NCBI RefSeq assembly: GCF_009914755.1
Contig: NC_060929.1
DNA from: the human T2T-CHM13v2.0 reference genome, Homo sapiens
Direction: 5' to 3' (one strand)
DNA: 64,000 bases
Shown here in pieces: positions 55,554 to 64,000 of the stretch; the first letter of the stretch is position 1; every line of letters begins with the position of its first letter. Below the pieces are notes generated by a model. The model ran no database searches and had not been told where the DNA came from. It saw only the letters and a program-made list of their open reading frames with translations. The translations under genes were made by a program, and so were the position numbers.

Positions 55554-57314
55554 GCTTTCTCTTGAATAGAGTTCTTTGGGAGCAGAGGCCAGGCTTTCCC
55601 AGTTCATTGTTGTTCTCCAGCAGGTAGTACAGTGGTAGCACATAGTAGTCACTCAGTCGACACATGTTAACTGAATCAATTATACAACGGGAGTGGGAGG
55701 AAGGAGTGGGTGAGTGGAAAGTCCTTTTGCACGTTGCTTTTGCAGACAATGAGCTCCTGAAGGGAAGGGCACAAGTCTGTTATTCCTGTGCCCTGAGATC
55801 CTGGCATCTCATGGGCATGCCAAAAATGTCTGTGGAATGACTTTGGAGGTAACCAAGGAACAGTTAGAGGTCAGTTACGTGTTAGGATGTGAAGCAAAGG
55901 GAATGGTCAAAGCATAAGAAACTTTTAGAACACTGATTTTGAATATAGAAATTCAAAATACCTTTCCTTCTCCCAAGAGTAACTAGAGAGTGGGGGTAAT
56001 TTACTTAATGTACACATTTTGTCCATCAATATTCCTTGTGCCAGCCACTGGTACACCCTGGGCAAAGGCAAGGAAAGGAGAAGGTATTCCCAGATGGAAC
56101 AGGACCAGCCAAGCAGCAAGAAAGGTTCAGGCAGGCATGATGTGATGGATGACAGGGCTATCTCTTAAAAGGCCTGGGGGCATTCATTCCATAGCATCCC
56201 TGCATTCCAGAGAAAAAAAACTATGCAGCAACCTCAGCGAGATAGAGCAGCATTGCCATAATGTTGAGAACCATGGGGGCGCTCACCCAAGCTCCCTGGC
56301 CAGCTGGTTGGTGGACCATTTTAACTCTGCATCCACCTGCCTCTTCTCCTAGTACAACCTGGAGTTTCTGACTACATTCTAATGGGCTGACTTCATCCTC
56401 TTTGCATGGGATTTCAGTGTGTTGACTTTGTGCCAAAGATCAGTGGGTTTTATAAACTTTGATAAAGCGGTAAAGAAGCAAGTTTCACATACTGCCACCA
56501 ATCATATTTTCATATTGGGCAAGAAGAATAAGTTTAAGTGGTGTTACAAAGCATATTTATTTATGCAGACGCTCTTTTTATCCTTTTCTCGACAGGATAT
56601 TGGCACTACATTTGAAACAGGGAGAAAAAAAGCAACATGTTCCCATTTCTCAATCTCTTTACTGCCAATTTCTGAATTGAGACTAGCTTCAAGATTTTGA
56701 ATATCTTCAGCATTGATCTACTGCTAGTTTCTGGTGGAGAAATTGAAACAATAGAAATCTGAAACCGAGATAGACAGCAACTTGCAGTGTACATTTCCTC
56801 TCCTGATGCTTTTATAGACAGAAAGGACAGAGGGGTTATATCTCGTTCTCCAGCTTGTCTGGCCATCCCATCCCCAGGAAGTCTATTTACTCCAGAAACT
56901 ACTGTGATGCCCACCTAACTGCCATTTCTGTCGATTCCTGTCCAAGCTGCACAACTGACCAGCTTTGTAACTTAGGTGAAGTTATTTAATTTCTATTGCC
57001 TCTGTCTTCTTATCAGTAAAATGGACATATGCACAGAGTTTAGTACTTAAGGTTGTTGCGAGGATTAGAAGAGACCATGTATATTAAGTGCTGCTAAGAA
57101 TGGTGCCTGCGTCTGGTGAGCAATCAATAAATGTTAGCAGCTGTTGTTATTATGACTACTCTTTTTATTGTATGTGTATAGAAGGGAAAATCACCTGTGT
57201 GCCTTAAATGGGAAGGGGAGGATAGTAGAGTCTTCCCCTGTCTTCCTATATTGACTGAGCCTGGGGGACCTCTACCTCTCTGAGTTGACTTGTACAAGTT
57301 CAGCATTACTTCCC

Positions 57315-58270
57315 TGCAATAGTTTTCTATGGCTGCTATGGCAAATTACCACAGTGATGTGGCTTTAAAAACACACATTTATTATCTGAGAGTTTTGGAA
57401 ATGAGAAGTACAAAATGGTTTGATTTGTGCTAAAATCAAGGAGTCAGCAAGGCTGAATTTCCTTGCCTTTTTCAGCTTCCAAAGGACGCCTGCATTCCTT
57501 GGCTCATGTCCCCTCCTCTGTTTTCAAAGCCAACATCATTAGACTGAGTCTTTCTCATGCTCCTGTCTCTCTGGTTCTCTCTCTTCTGCATCCCTCTTTC
57601 CCTTATAAGAACGCTTATGATTACATTGGGTCCACCCAGATAATCTAGGATAATCTCTCCATCTCAACGTCAGCTGATTGGTCGACTTAACCTCATCTGC
57701 AACCTTCATTCCCCCTGGCCATCTCTATTCATTTCTCAGGTCTGCAATTGCAAATTACCACTGAATGGGTGGCTTCAAACAACAGACATTTGTTGTCTCA
57801 CAGGTCTAGAGGCTAGAAGTCCAAAGTCAAGGTGTCAGCAGGGCCATGCTCCCTGAGCCTCTCAGGGAGGATCTTTCCTTGTCTCTCCCTAGCTTCTGGT
57901 GTTGCCAGAGATTTTTGGTGTTCCCTGGCCTACAGCTGCAACACCTCACTCTCTCTCTGCCTGTGTGGTCACACGGTGCTCTCCCTGTGTCTCTCTGCAT
58001 CTTTACGTGGCTGTCTTCTCATAAGGACACCAGTCATTTTGGATTACGAGTCCACTTGCTCAGGTATGACTTTATCTTCACTAGTTACATCTGCAATAAC
58101 CTTATTTCCAAAAAAGGTCACGTTGTGTGGTCCTAGGGGTTAGGACATCAACATATCTTTGTGGTGGGGAGACACAATTTAACTCATAATATCATGCGAG
58201 TTAACATATTCACAGGTTCTGGAGATGAGGTTGTGGACATCTTTAGGGGGCCATTATCCCACCTACCATA
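57315..58270 (-). mobile_element. MLT1D-like LTR interrupted by a second MLT1 (B/C-like) LTR at about 57723-58191
   Basis: Two GCAAATTACCAC...GTGGCTT starts (57347, 57750); the outer element resumes with TAACATATTCACAGGTTCTGG...GGGGGCCATTATCCCACCTACCA after the inner end ACACAATTTAACTCATAATA. Confidence 0.8.
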
Positions 58271-59719
58271 CCTCCCTTCACTCCCGATTGGGATGAGAAG
58301 ATGATAGTGTAGAGTGGATGGAGATAGTTTTTCCCCAACCTTGAGATGCTAACATCTCAATGTCCATTACTGCAAAAAAAGGTAGACCCCAAATGACACA
58401 TGCAGCACAGCTAGACGTGGTATTGTCAGAAAGGGTTGTAGTCCACAGGAGTAGGGAAGGGAGATGGAAAGACAGGAAAACAGGAAGAAATTAAATCCCT
58501 ACAACATATGGTCAAATCTCATCCCAACTGAGCTTTCATGTAAGGTGTCTGAATCCGTTCTTGGAAGTGTCTTTTCCCCTCCTGTTCGCTAAAATTTGCT
58601 CCATATTGAATTGCTTTTCTCCCCTACACCCCCACCAACCACCAGCTCCCTTCAGCTGGCATTGGCCTCTGTTCCTCTGCTGATATTTGAAGCATGTGGG
58701 TGGGTCTCACTTTCCCAGCAAAATCTTTTGTTCCCCTGTATCGATTCACCAATTATCACCTCATCCCCATTCTCCAATCCCTCCCCTTACAACAAAAACA
58801 ACAACAAAAATTAAAGGCATAAACCAAAAGAACAGAACACCTTCAGCCTTCATAGCATCCCTGAGAGAGAAAACCTATGTATTAACAAGAAAGATGATCT
58901 GTATTTCTTTTTCCCTAGGAAAACATACTCAGCATTTTATTTCATGAAAAGATTGTATTTCCTTGATTGGGAGGGTAATTACTCTTCCAAAATAGACTTG
59001 CTGTTAAGTAATCTTGTCCATGCAAGTGACATGGTATATGAGTGAGAAATGTGGGCAATAGGTATATTTGATTATCCACACTGCTATCTTATCTGACTGA
59101 CCTTAGAGAAGTTATTTGGTCTCCTTGGGCCTCAGTTTCCTTATCTGTAAAATGAGGATTTTAAAAAGGGCCTAATTTATAGGTTTGTGATGAGGATTAA
59201 AGAAGCTAATAACAGATATCGTGCACGTGCCAGGTGCCGGGTACTGTGCTCAACACTTTTCATGGATTATCGCATGAGTTTGTGTTATGTCCATTAGCGC
59301 AGGGTCTGAGGCTTCGCCAGCAGTCAAAGAACCGTCACTATTTTTGTGAGTACGTGGCTTGCTTTATCCAGTCTGCCGCTGGAAGCAAAATATTCTTTCT
59401 ATCCTGGATGTCCAGTCTTGGAACCAGCTCCGAATCCATTGAAAGGCCCCTGGTGTCTCTGGGGGGTTGGTACCTTCAGACGTTATTGTACTACATTTTT
59501 GTTCAATGAGTCAGAGCCAAAGGACTTGGTTGGTGAAAAATTTAAATCAGATCGGTGAGAAGCAGCAATCTTCATCTCCCCCACTGCTCGGTGGTGCACC
59601 TTTGCCACCAGGTCAGGGAAATCATCAATCCCGGGGAGCAACTACAAAGCTGTTTCCAGAGCCAATTTCCTGCTGAACTGTGTGTTATACTCTTAGCAAC
59701 ATTCCAAAAATTATACTCA

Positions 59720-60127
59720 CTTCAAAGCCAGCTTTGATCTGGCCCCCCTCCCTCCCTTCTCCCCCAGCCTTTGCCGAGAAGCGCATCTCCAGGAGTAGAG
59801 TTCACCTTGAAAGGCTGAGACGCCTGTGAGCAGAGCTCGGATCTTCCTGAGAGGAAGGGAGGGAGGCCCCAGAACCAAAAAAAATAAAAAATAAAGAAAA
59901 GAAAATCCGTGGGAGGCCTCACTTATTCTCTGTGGCCCACTGCCCTTGCCTTGGCAGCTCAGTTCCTTCTTGGGGTAAGCAAAACCATCAGCCCAGGCTC
60001 TGCCCTCCACAGAACAGCAGCAGCCGCAGCTGATCTCAGCATTGTTGCCCTCACGTGGTTTTGGTGTTGTTGCTTAAGCAGGGAGCTGCTTTGGGTTTCT
60101 CACTCAGAGCTGCAATGGGAGGTATGT
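59720..60127 (+). promoter_or_regulatory. Candidate internal promoter / alternative first exon ending ATG GGA G|gtatgt
   Basis: Apparently unique sequence with CT/GA-rich boxes, CCAAT at 59662, E-box CACGTG at 60052-60057, no + strand ATG from 59509 to 60114, strong Kozak GCAATGG at 60115 and a phase-1 donor at 60121/60122. Inference only. Confidence 0.35.
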
Positions 60128-63100
60128 AACCATCACCCAGGGCTAGGGCAGGAAGGAAAAGCTTGCCCTGAAGGGGAGGTACTGTACCGGTGCCTTTCAG
60201 GGAAAGGCCTTTGTTTGATACTGTCAGGCATCAGATGCACCTGATAATTTTTTGGAAGGAGGAATTCTTGCAGCAGCTCATCTTTCCTTCATTTTACCCA
60301 CTCCCTTTCCCTCACTCCTAGATTACAATGTGGAAACTGAGGTACACTAAGAGACTTGCTCACCAAACAAGATGCCTGTGGATTCCAGAGTGATTCGCAA
60401 ATCCCAGTTCTAGCCCAAGAGAAAATTCCCTCAGAAGCCGAGCAAAAAGAAAGGGGCAATTAGCTGCAAATGCCTCATGCATGGATGTGGTGCTGGAGTC
60501 TCGGGGGGTTGTAGGGATTGGGCGCTCTAAACCCAGTAGATGTGCCGCACTGGCTTCATTTGTGAGTTGGGAATCCTGGGGCTTCCCTAGGCAGGGAGTT
60601 TTTAAAATAATAGTTACCAAGTTTAAGGAATTTATTTCCACCTATTTGGGAGTAGGAGCAAGGGTACGTAATGACAGCCTGGAGGAGGAGCAAAGCACTG
60701 CCACCTGCTTGCTTGTGACCTTGAAAACCCCACCTCACCTGTCTAAGTCTTAGGGTCCTTGCCCAGGAAATGGGGATTTTGTGGTGAGGATGAGTGATAA
60801 AAATCCATGTAAAGCACTTCTCCCTGTAACTGACACAGTTCTTGCCCTACAAGTTCATAGTTGAGTTGGAGTGAATCAAGAAGCCTTCACTGAAAGGGGT
60901 CTCACACTTGTCTATCTCCCTAGTATGTTGCCTTGCATTTGATGGAGATTCAAAGTGCGTTGACTAGTTTGAGTGACCTTCAAGGTAATAGTTCAACATG
61001 TTGACAAAAGTCTCCATAAGGGAACCTTGTGACAAAGTATTGTGTAAAATAAAGAATCTGTGTAACCGCTCCAATATTATTCTATTATTATTATTATTGG
61101 TTAGTGTTATTATTATAGGTTATTATTATTACTATTTTTGGCTATAAAAGACAACAATAACAACAATCACTGCTTACTGACATATGACATTTAGTACAGT
61201 GCTTAGCACAAAGTTAGTGCTCCGTGAAGGTTAAACAACAGTGAGAAAAAAACACTGCCTGCTTTTCAAAACATTGATTTCTACATGCAGTTTTAGCCTT
61301 GCATCTGTGAGATCATGACGGGTTTATTTATATTTCTCTTTTTATGAAAGCTTAGCGGTTGTGTTGAGTGAATACAAACAGTTACCATAGGTCCTTAAAA
61401 AGGAGCTCTGAGATGTGTATTGAGCGAGCGCTGAACATTTTCAGGATGTGACTGGTTCCCTGGGGCCCACTGCATCAGGCTGACCATTCTGAGAATTAAT
61501 AGCCACCCTGACACTTGAAGCCCATCAGGAATGAGATGCTTGCCTCGTCTGGGAGGACGGTGGGACACGTCACCACCTGCACGTCTCCCTATAAGCTCTT
61601 ACCTGCCGAATTAGCAAGCTGCAGCTATTATGTTAGACAGAGCCACAGCTGAGCCCGCAGTTTGATTTTTGTCACCATAAAGGCAGGACTGGAATTGACA
61701 CTGGAGTAATTAGGAATGAATTCTCAGATCTTGACTTATCAAGCACACTGCCAGGGAGGGAGACAGGAGCCGTGTGGCAGTGTTTTGGAAGCTGAGATGG
61801 TGACCTTGCAGGCTGACCTCACTCTTAATCTTTCTATTAGAGAGACCAGTAAGCATTTGGCCAGCACCTCCTGTTAGGCTGACAACCAGAGCAGTTCGTT
61901 TGGGATTGGATATTTTTCTCCTTTTTTTTTTTTTTTTGTAGCCTGTAGGCACTTAGAAGAAAAAGGAGCAGGAGAATGAAGCCAATATGGGAAGCAAAGT
62001 TACCACGGGGACAAAATGTTCTTCCGAGCAGCTTGAAATGAGCATAATTTTGGAGAATTTCTGCAATAGCGAGTTAATTCATAATTGGGTTTGCTGAGCA
62101 ATCAACAATGTGTTGCTTGTATTTTCATATGCTGGGAGCATATGACTCCGTGTGTGCACTGTGTGTGTATTATAATGCTCCAGTACTTTGATGCTTCACT
62201 AATGTGCAATCTCTATTTCTTGCTTTTGTCTGGGGGCCTCTCATATTACGTTTAGATTGTATCCTTTATCATCCCAAATTGACATTTATGCTTTTACTTC
62301 TATTGTTTCCCTAGCTTCTCCCTGGTATGGATCAACAATTTGTTTTAATCTGTGTCACTTCTCTTATCTCCCTCGACACAGAGGAGCAGTCATTTTGCAC
62401 CGCCATCCGCCTACAGAGGTTGTGCTGTCGAGAGTGTGGTGGGGTCCCTCACCCTCTCCCCACTGTCTAAAGTGCTGGCGAATGTTAATTGCTTTTCCAG
62501 TTAGTTTATAAGAATGCAGAAACCGCTGAATGCAGCTTGACTGGTTTTGATGAAAGTAATGGAATGCTAGTGCCTATGAATAAATAAATCTGATTTACAT
62601 AGAGGACTATTGTGGTATTGGGTAGGAAGCCTCTGAATGCAAGCAAATTATAGTTTAAGGACACATTATTCCTTGGCTTTTATTCTAAGTAAAGGAGAAG
62701 AGCTCAGGTTTCCTTGGGTTCCCAGAACGGGAGGCGAAGAGGTAACCCCTTGACCTAAGAGGAAAAATGCTTTCTGAGAGCAGCGTTGATCTGAAACTTA
62801 AGGGGGATGCATTTTGTTTGGAGAGAAGCTGTAGATCTAGGTCTCACTTCCTGAAATCCCCTTACAGAAAGCATATAGAATAGCAAGTGGTGAAGAATTT
62901 ATGAGAAGCAAACTGAAAATGTATGAGTGCCTATCAGAGTGCTTTGGTGAAATAACTGGAGAACACTCTTAGAGGAAGACGGGATCACAACTATTATGAC
63001 TATCACGACATCCAGTTTTATTTGTGTTTCCTAAATTCCCACAAGAGTGTGTGGCCACTAGAAATGGAATAAATCAAGACATTCTTTTTTTTGGACGAGA

Positions 63101-63356
63101 AAAGGCAAGTGTGGTAGAAGTAAGAGGACTCACATCAGGGCATCTGCATTTCGGAGTGCCTGAGGATTGTTCTGGGATGAGTCCATCTGGCAGGAAAGGA
63201 GATGGGAATAGAGAGGCTATGGGAGGCACAATTCAAGTAGATGCTCAGACTAAAAATGCAAAACTGCTACGTTTCAGAAGTGACCCTATTGGTGGCTTCT
63301 GATAAATGAATGAGGATTAAACGCCAAAATTAAATCACTTAAAAAATATTTGTATG

Positions 63357-63710
<354 letters not shown>

Positions 63711-64000
63711 TAGCATGGGCAAGGTACTATTGTAGATGCTGAGGGCACAGCAGCAAATAAAGCCAAGTCCCAGACTGTGTAGGACACTTACATTCTCACA
63801 CCCAGCTCGCAGCAAATTATAAACTCTAAGGAGATAAATAATTGGGGGAGATCTTGAAACTTGACTACAGGCTTAACTGGGTAAGACTGCCAGAAAACAG
63901 GAACAGTTTTCTGTGTATTTAGTGCCATTCATAACATGACAGCATCCACAGTGACTAAGCAAACAGCCCAGAGGAGCAAGGGTGTGAGTTAGGAGTTGAG

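Overview
This is human-type genomic DNA, not microbial. It is almost entirely intronic sequence of TENM2 (teneurin-2), transcribed on the + strand. The only well-supported coding sequence is one 210-nt phase 1/1 exon at 19134-19343 ([70 protein letters not shown]), recognised from memory of the teneurin-2 intracellular domain. The most striking object is a young SVA_F1 retrotransposon (1809-4285, perfect 14-bp TSD). Its 5' end is a captured copy of MAST2 exon 1 spliced onto the SVA Alu-like domain, and it lies in the same orientation as the host gene. A strong REST/NRSF RE1-like site (4527-4547) lies about 230 bp downstream of it. The rest is typical mammalian intron: 12 Alu-family elements, L1/L2/MIR fragments, MaLR and ERV1-type LTRs (some nested), MER DNA transposon fossils and microsatellites. 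Testable hypotheses include an internal promoter/alternative first exon near 59.7-60.1 kb, a single-exon circRNA with a stop-free ORF, and an in-frame MAST2-SVA-TENM2 chimera. Nearly all entries in the supplied ORF track are artefacts of repeats or random intronic sequence. I found no evidence for a wholly new multi-gene system. Repeat subfamily names come from recalled consensus sequences and need RepeatMasker/Dfam confirmation.
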